From positions 16,076,877 to 16,109,897 of the forward strand of contig NC_068991.1 in NCBI RefSeq assembly GCF_001194135.2: DNA of 33,021 nucleotides, read 5' to 3'. The notes beneath the pieces are model-generated. The model made no database searches and had not been told where the DNA came from. It saw only the letters and a list, made by a program, of their open reading frames with translations. The DNA comes from Octopus bimaculoides (taxonomy: Eukaryota). Position numbers and translations under genes: made by a program. Shown here one piece after another: positions 1-12,355 of the stretch; position 1 is the first letter of the stretch, and each line of letters opens with the position of its first letter.

Positions 1-9
1 ATATATAGT

Positions 10-40
<31 letters not shown>

Positions 41-129
41 CACACACACACACAAGTGAGCCAGATAAACTTGATTCTTACCCAAGAAGTGCAATAGGCA
101 AACAGTTTTGAATACTAAGTGTTTCATCA

Positions 130-1183
130 TTGAAGAATGTAGCACTCAACTTAAGCTGTTGATCAATGATCTGACAATAAGAACAAGAAATACTAATTGG
201 TATGTATGATGAAGAAGAAGTAGCAGCAGATAGATTTACAACATAGAGATCAAGCAGGAATTTCTATAGAACAATTTGTTGCAAGCTATAGACAAGATTT
301 GTAAGCAGGAGCAATGTTCCAGTCATGGTGAAAGTGATATGGCTTTGGAATGGTACAGTAAATGGAGCAAGTAATAATATCAGATAGCCAGAAGAGAAGC
401 TAGATGTTAGATATATATGCAATAAAAGGGAAGAAAGAGGTTTGCCAGTGATCTGTGATGAGAGTAGCAGAGGTGTGAAACGTTCCATATTACAAGGTAG
501 TATGTTTTTGTTGAGAAAAAAGTATGTATGGAATGATAGTGGTGCACTTTCTCTCACTGAAACTGAGAAGAAAGATGTTTGGAAATGATAATACAAGATG
601 TTATTGAATGAAGAGAGAACATGCTGGGGCTGGAACGAGAGAGGGAGAGTACCCTAAGTCAGGGGTTTTCAAACTTTTTGACTTGCGGACCCCTTTATAT
701 TTCAGGCTTTACCTTAGGGACCCCCTTATAAATGCTTATGAAATTTATGCATAAATATTTGCTTAAAATAACATATATTTTTACATTTATTTATTTAACA
801 GTATTTAACAAATAGGTTTATTGTCAGTTAAAAGATTTCGATTAAAAAACATATATAAAATCAAATTGCCCATAAAAAGTATTTGCTGTCCACGGACCCC
901 CTGTGGTCCGTGGACCACAGTTTGAAAACCCCTGCCCTAAGTAACCCAAGCTGAGAGACCAGTCATTAAAGTGGACGAATATATGGTTGTAAATGTGATT
1001 AAAGTTATGAAGGGAAAGAAGGTGGACTGTCAAAAATAATCACATGATGTTGAAAATATTCCATGAAGTAGGACATACCCCTAGTCATTTGCTCATCATC
1101 ATTGGCTGCTAGAACATGGGAAATGCTGTAGAAAGAAACAACTGCAAATGCATCAAATTGATAGAGTAGGTTGAGGAAGTAAA
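130..1183 (+). mobile_element. Degenerate RTE-clade LINE ORF fragment (endonuclease-RT linker to start of RT), interrupted by a hAT MITE
   Basis: Stop- and frameshift-riddled translations YQIARREARC (378), KYVWNDSGALSLTETEKKDVWK**YKMLLNEE (520), RPVIKVDEYMVVNVIKVMKGKK, MLKIFHEVGHTLV and GNAVERNNCKCIKLIE match the order of motifs in RTE ORF2 as recalled. The boundaries are approximate. Confidence 0.7.
660..934. mobile_element. Non-autonomous hAT (Charlie-like) MITE, 275 bp
   Basis: Perfect 16-bp TIRs CAGGGGTTTTCAAACT / AGTTTGAAAACCCCTG. Perfect 8-bp TSD CCCTAAGT at 652-659 and 935-942. Subterminal 11-bp hairpin at 888-915. Confidence 0.93.
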
Positions 1184-1907
1184 AACATATATATATATAT
1201 ATATATGACAGCACAACTTGTCTTCTACTATAGCCTTGAGCTAACTGTTTATCTTACGTTCCTGTCATTGTCATCACATGCATTTATTATGAATTTATTG
1301 TCCTATGATTCAGAAACTTGGAATAATACCAGTGATGAGTCTCCGTTTTTAAAGTCAGTCAGAAAGTTTTTGTTTGGGTGGGAAGAAGAGGGGTAGATTT
1401 TCTCAGCTGTACTTTTGCAGGTTCAGTGATTGTGAGATGAGTTAAATTCATTGACACACCTCCAGCTAAGACAACACCAGTTGGTGTTTAAGTGTGTGTG
1501 TGTGTGTGGATTTACTCTGCAGCTAATGAAACCTGTCAGGTGAATCAACATAGAGGTACTGTCTAAGGTACTTGTCCAGCTCATTACGTGGAACAGCTGT
1601 ACTCAACTAAGTCTCTACTCACCTTTGTCTGAAATTGATAACCATATTTCTTTGAGATCAACCTCACCTCACCCCACACTAATCCCTGTGTCCTGTTCTT
1701 CCTTCCTAGGAAACATGAAAGCAAGATATGGTTCTCCCACCCATCTAGGAGAGTAATAGTTCCAAATAAGAAATGACTTGGACAATGAAGACCCTTTTGA
1801 TCAGAAGAATTTTGATGTCATCAGATCAAAACTTCTGATCAAAACTACATTCACCAAAGGTGAATGAAGGAGAAGCAATCTTATTTTAGATGAAATGAAA
1901 CACTAAC

Positions 1908-2021
1908 ACAAACACACATACCCACCCACACAGATGCTCTCTCTCTTTCTTTCTCGTACGCACGTGCATATACCATCATTTAGAAACCATATTCCATGCT
2001 GGTATCCAACGTATGTTTTTG

Positions 2022-2106
<85 letters not shown>

Positions 2107-2345
2107 TACACTCACATGCACATGTGTATACACATATATGCAGACAGAATTATATTTCTTAACATCCCCACCTTTCTCTATTAGGAACATACCATACATT
2201 TCATTCTGATGTTCATGGACAGAGGTAGAGAGAGGGAGAGAGAGAGATAGTGAGAGAGAGAGAGAGACAGAGAGATAGAGAAACAGAGAGAGAGAGAAAC
2301 AGAGAGAGAGAGAAACAGAGAGAGAGAGAAACAGAGAGAGATTGA
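1908..2345. repeat. Compound microsatellites (TA)n(CA)n and (GA)n. Representative of many similar tracts across the window, e.g. 2830-2937, 13210-13310, 17830-17880, 21400-21620, 25545-25632
   Basis: Direct inspection. Confidence 0.95.
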
Positions 2346-2857
2346 GACATGTGTCAATTTTTCTGGTATTGAAGTTCAAGAATGTTGGAGAACTGAAACA
2401 AAAAGAAAACAAAAGAAAAATCCATGCAAAAATAAAACAAAGAAAATTTTATTGTTTTCAAAAAGCAAAATTCCTTGTAATAGCAATTTAATATCCATAG
2501 ATGTTTGCTGTGATAATAGCATTTGCCATTATAATTATTTACCTTCTATTAATTATGGTTCACATACGGAACTATCTACAAGATTGCTATATTCTTGCAA
2601 GCTTCTATTTCTGTTTCTGTTCTCTGTTCTCTGAAATGTTTTAATGGTTTTTCCATGTTGTCTTGTACTCTCTTCTTCATCAGAAAGGAAACTAAATACT
2701 CACATTCTTTCATTCTCTCCCTCCTTTCTTTCTTTTTATTCCTCCCTCTCTCTTTCTTTCTCTTCCTCTCTCTTTCTTTCTCTTCCTCTCTCTCTTTGCC
2801 ATTCTTTTCCTGACTTCCTCCACACACAGACTATATCTATATCTATATCTATCTATC

Positions 2858-2938
<81 letters not shown>

Positions 2939-3214
2939 TTATCCAAGAGGGAGATGAGTACCAACATCCCATGTGGCAGGCTCCATATTTTCTGAGAAAT
3001 CGTCACTCAGCATGAAACCAATGGTAGCCTTGTTAACCCACGAATAAAAACTATAAGTGGCCATGAACACACACTTATAGACTTATATTAAAAGAAACAG
3101 AACACATTTATGGCCTAGGTAATTTGCATAATTTAAACAAAATCAAGCTGACAGAAATACACACACACACACACACACATATTTCTGTCAGCTGTTATTT
3201 ATATCATAATAATA

Positions 3215-3460
3215 GGTGCAGGAGTGGATGTGTGGTAAGAAACTTGCTCACCAACCACATTGTTCTGGGTTCAATCCCACTGTGTGGCACTTTGGGCAAG
3301 TGTCTTCTACTATAGCCTCGGGCTGACAAAAGCTATGTGTGTGGATTTGGTAAATGGAGACTGAAAGAAGCTCGTCATATATGTATGTATGTATGTATGT
3401 ATGCATGCATGCATGTATGTATGTATGTATGTATTTGTGTGTCTGTGATTGTCCCACCAC
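3215..3460 (+). mobile_element. tRNA-derived SINE, family A, 5' part
   Basis: Head GGTGCAGGAGTGG(A)TGTGTGG (A-box-like) and GGGTTCAATCC (B-box-like). The body is shared with other copies in the window. Confidence 0.8.
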
Positions 3461-3835
3461 GCCACCTTTGCTTCTGAAGATGAGGTCAGATAATTGTTAT
3501 ACTGATGATAGCTATAGAGTCTATATCATTCTACCTTCTCTCTGGCTGGAGTATTGCTCCATCTTACAAATCAGCTCTGCAGCTTGTAACAAATTAACCA
3601 TCATCATCATCATCATCATTGTATTGGATGTTCTATGCTGGCATGGGTTGGATGGTTTGAAAAGATCCAATGGACCAAAAGACTCCATCGTACACTCATG
3701 CCTACATTGCATGGTCTCTATGGCCGATGCTCTTCATAGCATCAATCATTTTGTGTGTGTATTGAGTACTTTTTCGTGTCACCATCACCGTTGAGGTTTC
3801 CATGCAGCTTGCAAAATTACAAACCTTAAGGGATA

Positions 3836-4200
3836 AGGGATGGCTTTATGTTTGGAGATAAGGGATTGCTTTACGAGGAGATAAGGGGTTAGAGTATGAG
3901 AGAAGGGGCCATAGCAGAATGGGTTTCTTACTGTAGAGGAGCTACATAACTACTCATATTTTAAAAGAGGGGGTAGGCATGGTTGGATGGAGCTAATATA
4001 AAATAAAAATAGTGGTGATGAAGTGTCTGGAGTGGATCCTCAAGGTGTGAGATGGAACAGAGGAACAAGGAAGGAGTGTCGGTGGAGCTGAGGTTGCAAG
4101 AATGTATAGAGGGGTGGAGGGTGGGAGAGAGGGGAGGTGGGTAACAACCATAAAGATTGGGTAGGGTTGAAGGATGGATGTAAGGAATGGTGGATAAGGA
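3836..4200 (-). mobile_element. Old interspersed repeat homologous to 20185-20560, possibly a decayed LINE APE-endonuclease region. 22300-22440 may belong to the same family
   Basis: Ordered shared blocks tggctttatg(t/c)ttggagat, tgtagagg(a)gctacat, cctcaaggt and ctgag(g/c)ttgcaag. Only weak APE-like peptides (ILA[D]L; LCLLKTK) appear on the minus strand. Confidence 0.4.
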
Positions 4201-4608
4201 GCGGTGGCGGGGGGGGGGNNNNNNNNNNNNNNNNNNNNNNNNNNNNNNNNNNNNNNNNNNNNNNNNNNNNNNNNNNNNNNNNNNNNNNNNNNNNNNNNNN
4301 NNNNNNNNNNNNNNNNNNNNNNNNNNNNNNNNNNNNNNNNNNNNNNNNNNNNNNNNNNNNNNNNNNNNNNNNNNNNNNNNNNNNNNNNNNNNNNNNNNNN
4401 NNNNNNNNNNNNNNNNNNNNNNNNNNNNNNNNNNNNNNNNNNNNNNNNNNNNNNNNNNNNNNNNNNNNNNNNNNNNNNNNNNNNNNNNNNNNNNNNNNNN
4501 NNNNNNNNNNNNNNNNNNNNNNNNNNNNNNNNNNNNNNNNNNNNNNNNNNNNNNNNNNNNNNNNNNNNNNNNNNNNNNNNNNNNNNNNNNNNNNNNATAT
4601 ATACACAC

Positions 4609-4641
<33 letters not shown>

Positions 4642-4775
4642 GGGTAATGTGGAGGATGGAATCTGTAGGGTGCTGGGCAATGTTACTTCCTCTAGACTCA
4701 GCAAGTAGAAGAAAATAAATGTAAATGTATTCACATATTTTATTTCAATATGCATATTTATAATTAGTGTATATT

Positions 4776-4810
<35 letters not shown>

Positions 4811-5235
4811 AAAATATAGGTTAGGTGGCATATATTATTTAGTGGATCCTCTTAGTAATTTTGTATACTTTTGCCATTATTACACACTGGTGAATCTCTT
4901 TAACGCATATGGCATTTATTTTATATTGCAAACCACAATTTCACTTCATTACATACTATGATCATCGGTACACATATTGTATCACTTTAATCTATTGGTA
5001 TGCTGCAACCATGTAAGTGTATGTATTTGTATATCTGTGCATGTGTGCCTGTAGTACACCGTGGCTTCGGTGAGACTGAATGTGTGCCATTAAATATATC
5101 TGTCTCTCTACCTTGTGTATATGTGATGTGTGTGTGTGTTAACATGTAGCCATGCTGGATCACCGCCTTCAAGTATTTAGCTGGGAAAAAAAAAACCAAC
5201 ACCAGTACTTATTTTTTAAAGTCTGGAACTTATTC

Positions 5236-5643
5236 TTTTTACTCTTTTACTTGTTTCAGTCATTTGACTGTGGCCATGCTGGAGCACCGCATTTAGTCGA
5301 GCAAATCGACCCCAAGACTTATTCTTTGGAAGCCTAGTACTTATTCTATCGTTTTTTTTTTTTTTGCCGAACCGCTAAGTTATGGGGACGTAAGCACACC
5401 ACCATCGGTTGTCAAGTGATGTTGAGGGGACAAACACAGACACACAAACATATACACACACATACATATACATATATATGACGGGCTTCTTTTCAGTTTC
5501 CGTCTACCAAATCCACTCACAAGGCTTTGGTCGGCCCGAGGCTATAGTAGAAGACACTTGCCCAAGGTGCCACGCAGTAGGACTGAACCCGGAACCATGT
5601 GGTTTGTAAGCAAGCCACTTACCACACAGCCACTCCTACGCCT
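5236..5643 (-). mobile_element. SINE family A, full length
   Basis: tRNA-like head at the right end, internal CA/TA microsatellite and (TAAAAGAG)-type tail. Highly similar to the copies at 11404, 19428 and 20581. Confidence 0.88.
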
Positions 5644-5676
5644 AANNNNNNNNNNNNNNNNNNNNNNNACTTATTC

Positions 5677-6084
5677 TTTTTACTCTTTTACTTGTTTCAG
5701 TCATTTGACTGTGGCCATGCTGGAGCACCGCATTTAGTCGAGCAAATCGACCCCAAGACTTATTCTTTGGAAGCCTAGTACTTATTCTATCGTTTTTTTT
5801 TTTTTTGCCGAACCGCTAAGTTATGGGGACGTAAGCACACCACCATCGGTTGTCAAGTGATGTTGAGGGGACAAACACAGACACACAAACATATACACAC
5901 ACATACATATACATATATATGACGGGCTTCTTTTCAGTTTCCGTCTACCAAATCCACTCACAAGGCTTTGGTCGGCCCGAGGCTATAGTAGAAGACACTT
6001 GCCCAAGGTGCCACGCAGTAGGACTGAACCCGGAACCATGTGGTTTGTAAGCAAGCCACTTACCACACAGCCACTCCTACGCCT
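5677..6084 (-). mobile_element. SINE family A, identical duplicate of 5236-5643 (probably an assembly artefact)
   Basis: 5228-5645 is repeated base for base at offset 441 across a 23-N gap. Confidence 0.8.
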
Positions 6085-6210
6085 AAGTCACATGAACATA
6101 AACTAAGTCACATGGACATAAACAAATGAACACTGGTTGTCAGGTGGTGTGGAAAGGAGGATGAACACACAAAGTCACACATACATATACATACATATAT
6201 ATGTATAGTA

Positions 6211-6350
6211 GAGGTGCATGGCTTAGTGGTTAGGGTGTTGAACTCATGATTGTAAGATTGTGGTTTTGATTCCTGGACCAGGTGATGCAAAACATTTGAG
6301 CAAAACATTTCATTTCACGTTGCTCAAGTCCATTCAGCTGGTAAAAACGA
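6211..6350 (+). mobile_element. tRNA-derived SINE, third family (C). A related copy lies at about 32082-32220
   Basis: TGGCTTAGTGG A-box-like and GGTTTTGATTCC B-box-like motifs, plus a shared catttcac/catttcat...gttgctc body. Confidence 0.6.
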
Positions 6351-7322
6351 GTAATTCCCAGGTTGGAAATTTATATGTCGTGGAAACCGGGAAACCAGAC
6401 CTTCCATGACTTAAGAAGGTAACCTTGTCTCAGGTGGCTTAGTGTCAAAAGAGTTAAATCTACAATGGTCATTTTTCTGCCATTATTTGTCCCAAGGTAT
6501 CTATTTTCTTGGTTCTGCGACAAATGTGGAATGAAGAGACTTTACCTAGAGAATCGAAAGAAAGTGTTGTAACTTGGATTTCTTGGCCAACACCCATATT
6601 TCAATATCGTTGTCTTTATGTTCATGCTGATTGTAGTGGTGGTGCTGGTGATGATGATATCTAGAGTTAATAATTGTGTGTGTGTTTGGGTTTGTGTATA
6701 TGCATATATGTATTATATTCTATGGTAATTATAAAGATAATAGTGGTGTTGGTGTTGGTAGGAATGATAATAATATCATAAGTACATAGACATGCTTGCC
6801 TGTGTGTGTGTATGTATGGTATTTAAGGGAAACTATGAATACAATAGTGAGATGGTGGAGGTATGATGATAATGATGCTTGAGTTAATAGTTGTGTGTGT
6901 GTGTGTGTGTATACACACATACATCATCATGTGTATGTGTCTGATATTTTAACTACTCAGTAAACAACAATGGTGGGTGACCTATGGAAAACTAATTTGA
7001 CCTCAAATGACCTGCCATGACCTACCACAAATTACCTACCACTAGTATGTAAAATTATATATCATTAAATTTATGGTGGTGGTAGTGATATTAGTGGTAG
7101 CTGTAATGGATAACAAAAGGAGCACTGTTAAGGACCATGTCTACACCTCATCAGACATCATCATCATCATTGTGCTACAATTTTTCAAGCTGGTTGAAGA
7201 TATGTATATAATTTAGACTTGGTTCCTTGCAGTCTGGTATAGATTATTGTTGTGGTGGTGGTTCTCATAGTAGCTATGAGAAGGTATTTATTGTAGTTTG
7301 TGTGTGTGTGCGTGCATGTGGA

Positions 7323-7546
7323 AATAAGATAATATTTCCTCTTGGTTGGGTATGTTTCCACAAAAGAGTGAAAGTGAAGGACACTGATTGTATGACAATA
7401 ACACACTTTCAGTTTCCATCTACAAAATCCTCTCACAAGGCAAATCAGCACCTTAGTAGAGGACACTTGCCTAAGGTGCCATGCAGTGGGATTTAACTTA
7501 AAAACCATGTGGTTGGGAAGTTAACTTCTCAGTCACAGCTGCACCT
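7323..7546 (-). mobile_element. SINE family A variant (A2 body), partial
   Basis: A-type head plus body aataagataatatt...atgtttcc...aaggacactg shared with 24230-24300. Confidence 0.7.
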
Positions 7547-7589
7547 ACTTGAAACCATGTGCTACACACACACACACACACACACACAG

Positions 7590-7790
7590 ACATGTGGTGG
7601 TGCCACATAAAAAGCACCTTATACACTCTGTGGAATGGTTAGCATTAGGAAGGACATCCAGCCTTAAAAGATCATGCCAGAACAGACAATGGAGCCTGGT
7701 GACACCACGAGCCTTAACAGCTCCAGTCAAACTGTCCAAGCCATGTGAACATAGAAAGCGGATGTTAGATAATGATGATGATGATGATAT
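7590..7790 (+). mobile_element. Family D 3' fragment, diverged. Another diverged antisense fragment lies at about 3600-3750
   Basis: cataaaaagcacc...ttaggaaggacatccagc...gaaagcggatgtta...gatgatgat. Confidence 0.7.
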
Positions 7791-7802
7791 ATCATCATAT
7801 AT

Positions 7803-7837
<35 letters not shown>

Positions 7838-8830
7838 AATGTGTGGTCAGTTAGTTTAAGCCACTCTTCTTGTATGTCTACTATTAACATACATTTGAGA
7901 ATAGCTTTGCAAACCGGCAATTATCCAGTTTACCAAACATGCTCATCTGACTGATTATAGAAATAAGGTCACAATTACAACTGTAAAGGAAGTAGATTGA
8001 ATAATTGAGGCCAGCTATCCTAGTATTGTCTCGCTTCTTTACTTAATGTTAGCAGTTCATTCAACAAAGTGAAACACTAGCAATGACAATAACGATAGCA
8101 ACATTATCATCATCATCATCATCATCATCATCAGCTGCAGCACTGGTTGGAGATAATTTACAAGTAATTAATATGTACTATTTGCCAGGTTCGTTTTCTG
8201 AGAAAAAAATTATGTATTTTGTATTAGATAATATATCTAACGTGGCAATTTAGCCAAATCATTAGAGCATTGGATTAGCTAGACTGTCGTGCAGTTATGC
8301 TTTCTGGCTCTGTGCACACTGAGTTCAAATACCACTGAGGTTAATGCCAGAGTGCGACGATTAGGTGCAGTTGTTTGGATGCTGGGAATTTGGTACGGCT
8401 GACTGGATATTGAATCTGGTTTGGTGGCTGTGCTTTTTGCCACTGGAGGCAAACATACTCTCACACACATACACACGTGTGCAGATGTATACACATACAG
8501 AAAGAGAGATTGCAATTTATTAATTAAACATGATGGACGTAAACACTTTCCCTCTCCTTGTACACGTCAAGAAATATGGCTCACTCACATAAACAGAGAG
8601 AGAGAGAGAGAATGAATGAGAGAAGCATTAAATCGCCTGACCTCAAATAAGTCAGTATTGAATCAGCAATGCCAAATAGGCAGGCTCAAAATGACTGTGC
8701 CAAAATGAGTCATGCCTGGTTAGTGTTAACTAACAGCATTTTTAGATTGATAAAATACCAGACCTGTACTGGTTGATTCTTCTCTCTCTCTTTCTCCTCC
8801 TCCAGCTCTCTAATTCTTTCTGTCTCACAA

Positions 8831-8985
8831 GGCAGCGAGCTGGCAGAAACGTTAGCACGCCGGGCAAAATGTTTAGTGGTATTTCATCTGCCGTGACGTT
8901 CTGAGTTCAAATTCCGCCAAAGTCGACTTTGCTTTTCACCCTTTCGGGGTCGATAGATTAAGTACCAGTTACGCACTGGGGGTCG
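8831..8985 (+). mobile_element. tRNA-derived SINE, family B
   Basis: GGCAGCGAGCTGGCAGAAACGTTAGC head, GAGTTCAAATTC B-box-like motif and gtcgactttgcttttcaccctttcgggg body. Confidence 0.87.
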
Positions 8986-9473
8986 ACAAACAAGGACAGG
9001 GAGATAACTCTTCTCCTCCCCTCTACCCTTCTTTAGCAAGTGGAGTAGAAATGAAGTTAGACACTAATGCAAGAGATATATGGGGGACAAACAAGGACAG
9101 ACAAAGGGATTAAGTTGATTACATCGATTCCAGTACGTAACCGGTACTTATTCAACAGACTCCAAAAGGATGAAAGGCAAAGTCTACCTCCATGGAATTT
9201 GAACTCGGAGCGAAACGGCAGGCGAAATGCCGCTAAGCATTTCACCTGGCGTGCTAACGATTCTGCCAGCTCGCTCCCCTCCTTGTCAAAATATATTAAA
9301 CACACTAAACACATACAAATGACTACACTAATGATTTAACTAAATCTGATGTTTTCTGAATACATCTGTCTCAACATATATCTCTTGCATTAGTGTCTAA
9401 CTTCATTTCTACTCCACTTGTTAAAGAAGGGTAAAGGGGGGAGGAGAAGAGTTATCTCCCTGTTTCTGTTTGT
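8986..9473. repeat. Local inverted duplication (8986-9082 / 9375-9473) enclosing a family B SINE
   Basis: cagggagataactcttctcctcc...gacactaatgcaagagatatatg is repeated in reverse complement. Confidence 0.85.
9082..9277 (-). mobile_element. SINE family B
   Basis: Reverse complement of the 8831 copy plus a longer tail. Confidence 0.85.
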
Positions 9474-10217
9474 TTGTTTTTTGTTTTTTTTTGCTTTTCT
9501 TTTTTGTCTTTCTGCCTTTTTTCTTTTCTTCTCCCTTTTCTTCCATCTTTCTCTTTTTCTATTTCTCTCTCTCCCCTTTTCTTATTTTCTCTTTCTGCTT
9601 TGTCGTTTTTCTTTCTCTTTCTATTTTCAGCCTCTTTTCTTTCTTATAAATAATGTTTTTTTCTTTCTCTTCCCCGGCATGTCTGGAGCTTAAGTCCCAC
9701 GAAGGCCAACTTTCTCTTTAATTTTTCCGGCATTGATAATATAAACATACCAGTTATATGAAGAAAGAGAGTATTTAATGGTTAATCACATATGCTGTAT
9801 CCCCCTCACAGAGTTTTAGCTTTATGCCAAATGTTGCCAGGCACTCGCTGCACCCTAGAAGCTGGACCATGTGGTCACTAGAAAGTCAGTTCTTGCATTC
9901 TAGAGAGGAGAACATATGAGTAGCAATGGTCTAAGAATGATTAATATGTGTAATAGGAAGTCTGAATCTCCTCTTTGGGTAGACTTTCACACTAAGGATT
10001 TTGGTCAATTTCTCAAAGTCCTTGACTTGGTAGTACTATTGTGACACTGCCTCTTTTGGAATAAACTCTATTGGCATGACCATGTTAGAACCAGCAGCAA
10101 CCAAACCTGTTTACCTGTTGGGTAATGAAACCATACAGCATGTATTGCTGATTGGCGGTTTTGTGTTAATCAGCTATTATCAGGTGTGGGACAGATCTCT
10201 CCCATCCACCCTATGAT

Positions 10218-10418
10218 ATGTGTCCGTGTTTGTCTCCCCAACATCACTTCGCAACCAATGCTGGTGTGTTTACGTCCCTATAACTTAGAAGTTCAGCAAA
10301 AGAGACTGATAGAATAAGTACTAGGCTTACAAAGAATAAGTCCTGGGGTCGATTTGCTCGACTAAAGGCGGTGCTCCAGCATGGCCGCAGTCAAATGACT
10401 GAAACCTGTAAAAGAGTA
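10218..10418 (+). mobile_element. SINE family A, 3' half
   Basis: Reverse complement of the tail half of the 5236 and 11404 copies. Confidence 0.85.
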
Positions 10419-10422
10419 TTAT

Positions 10423-10590
10423 TATTCTTTTACTTCTTTTAATCATTTGACTGTGGCCATGCTGGAGCACCACCTTTAGTCAAACAAATCCACCCTAGGA
10501 CTTATTCTTTGTAAGCCTAGTACTTATTCTTATCAGTTTATTTTGTCAAACAATGATGGGGAACAAACACAGACACACAAATATATATAT
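10423..10590 (-). mobile_element. SINE family A, 3' half with internal deletion, tail-to-tail with the previous copy
   Basis: atcatttgactgtggccatgctggagcacc...aagcctagtacttattct. Confidence 0.85.
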
Positions 10591-11403
10591 ATATGCAAAT
10601 ATGCGCATGTGTACGTGTCTGTGTACTTCGTTGTATTTTGTGCCAAATTTTGATTTATCTATTTAAAAGTTTTTATATCTATTACCTCATTTTACTTGAA
10701 ATTTCTTTACAATTTTTTTCAATTGTTAAATATCAAAACAGTGACTACAACAGCAAAGAAAAGCAATGAAACAACATACCATAGTTGCAATGGAGTGAGT
10801 GAACGAGTGAGTGGGTTGGTTTGCTGCGTTATGTGTCTGTATGCATATGTGTCTGTGTGCATGTGTGTCTGTGTGCATGTGTCTTTGTGCATGTGTGTCT
10901 GTGTGCATTTGTGTCTATGTGTATGTGTGTTCTTCCATCCTTTCCATTCAATTAACACTGACCCAATAATAATAATTTATTCCACACCAAAAAGCACAAA
11001 GAAGCAAACAATGAAAATATTACACACCTAAGATCTCACCTACACAGCTTACCTTGGTTTTAAAAAAAGAAAAACCAAACCTCCCCCACCCCCACAATTC
11101 ATCATCTGGAGCTTGTTTTGCTTTTGTTAAAAATACTATAAATACATCAAATACGTCCACTTTGTTGAAGAATTTTTAGCTAGTTTGTTGCAATCAACAG
11201 GTTTTTAAATCAATTTTACTCCTGTGTAGAGTAATCAGATAACAGGGTAAAGAATAAGAAGAGTTTTGCAAAGACCCAAAAGAAGAAAGAAAGAAAGAAA
11301 GGAAGAAAGAAAGAAAGAATGGAAACTGAACCTGTTAATGAAACTGTTTAAAACTTTGTTCTTTTCTCTCATTTGAAACAAAAAAAAAACACTGATGCAC
11401 ACA

Positions 11404-11810
11404 TTACTCTTTTACTCTTTTACTTGTTTCAGTCACTTGACTGTGGCCATGCTGGAGCACCGCCTTTTAGTCGAGCAAATCGACCCCAGGACTTATTCTT
11501 TGGAAGCCTAGTATTTATTCTATCGGTCTCTTTTGCCGAACCGCTAAGTTTACGGGGATATAAACACACCAGCATCGGTTGTCAAGCGATGTTGGGGGGG
11601 CGACAAACACAGACACACTAACACACATATATATATATACATATATACGACGGGCTTCTTTCAGTTTCCGTCTACCAAATCCACTCACAAGGCTTTGGTC
11701 GGCCCGAGGCTATAGTAGAAGACACTTGCCCAAGATGCCATGCAGTGGGACTGAACCCGGGACCATGTGGTTGGTAGGCATGCTACTTACCACACAGCCA
11801 CTCCTACGCC
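11404..11810 (-). mobile_element. SINE family A, full length
   Basis: Complete head, body and tail. Confidence 0.9.
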
Positions 11811-12285
11811 TGTGTATACATATTTTGATTCTCATGTGCATCAATAACTACAAAAAGTGAGACGATAACATAATATGATGCTGGTGTTTAAGACTTCTTC
11901 ATTCCTTTGAGTATTTTCTTCCCACTGGTAATGTAGCCAATATTTCTCTCTCTCTATCGCTCTCTCTCTCATTTCTTTTTCTTATTGCATTCTTCAGCCT
12001 TCCTGTCACCCTTTCTTTAAATTAGTATTGTATGCCTACCTGTTTGTCTGTCTACCTATTTAATATACATCTGTAGTGTGTGAATATATTTCTCTGTCTA
12101 TATATATATATATAGTGTGTGTGTATGTGTGTGAATATATTTCTCCCTGTTAATATATGTGTGCATGTGGGTAAAAGAACTATTTCATGTTTTCTTGAAG
12201 TTTCTTGAATTCTTATATGACGTCAACAACACAGTTCTCACTGGCAACAACATAGTTTCTAAAATGGATAGAGAAATTCGAACAA

Positions 12286-12355
12286 TTGCTTTGGTCCAGT
12301 GGTAGAACATCTGTCATGTTTATAGAAGATATGGGTTGAGTCCCTTGGGCAGCCT
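12286..12355 (+). mobile_element. Degenerate tRNA-derived (SINE-like) head
   Basis: TGGTCCAGTGGTAGAAC A-box and GGTTGAGTCC B-box-like motif. No intact cloverleaf. Confidence 0.45.

Noticed and set aside
5228-6086. Exact 418-bp tandem duplication (identical 66-aa ORFs at 5409 and 5850)
   Set aside because: The copies are base-identical, including homopolymer lengths, and separated by a 23-N gap. This is the typical signature of unmerged overlapping contig ends.
12286-12355. tRNA gene
   Set aside because: A- and B-box-like motifs are present, but the acceptor and anticodon stems do not form. The same applies to all SINE heads in the window.
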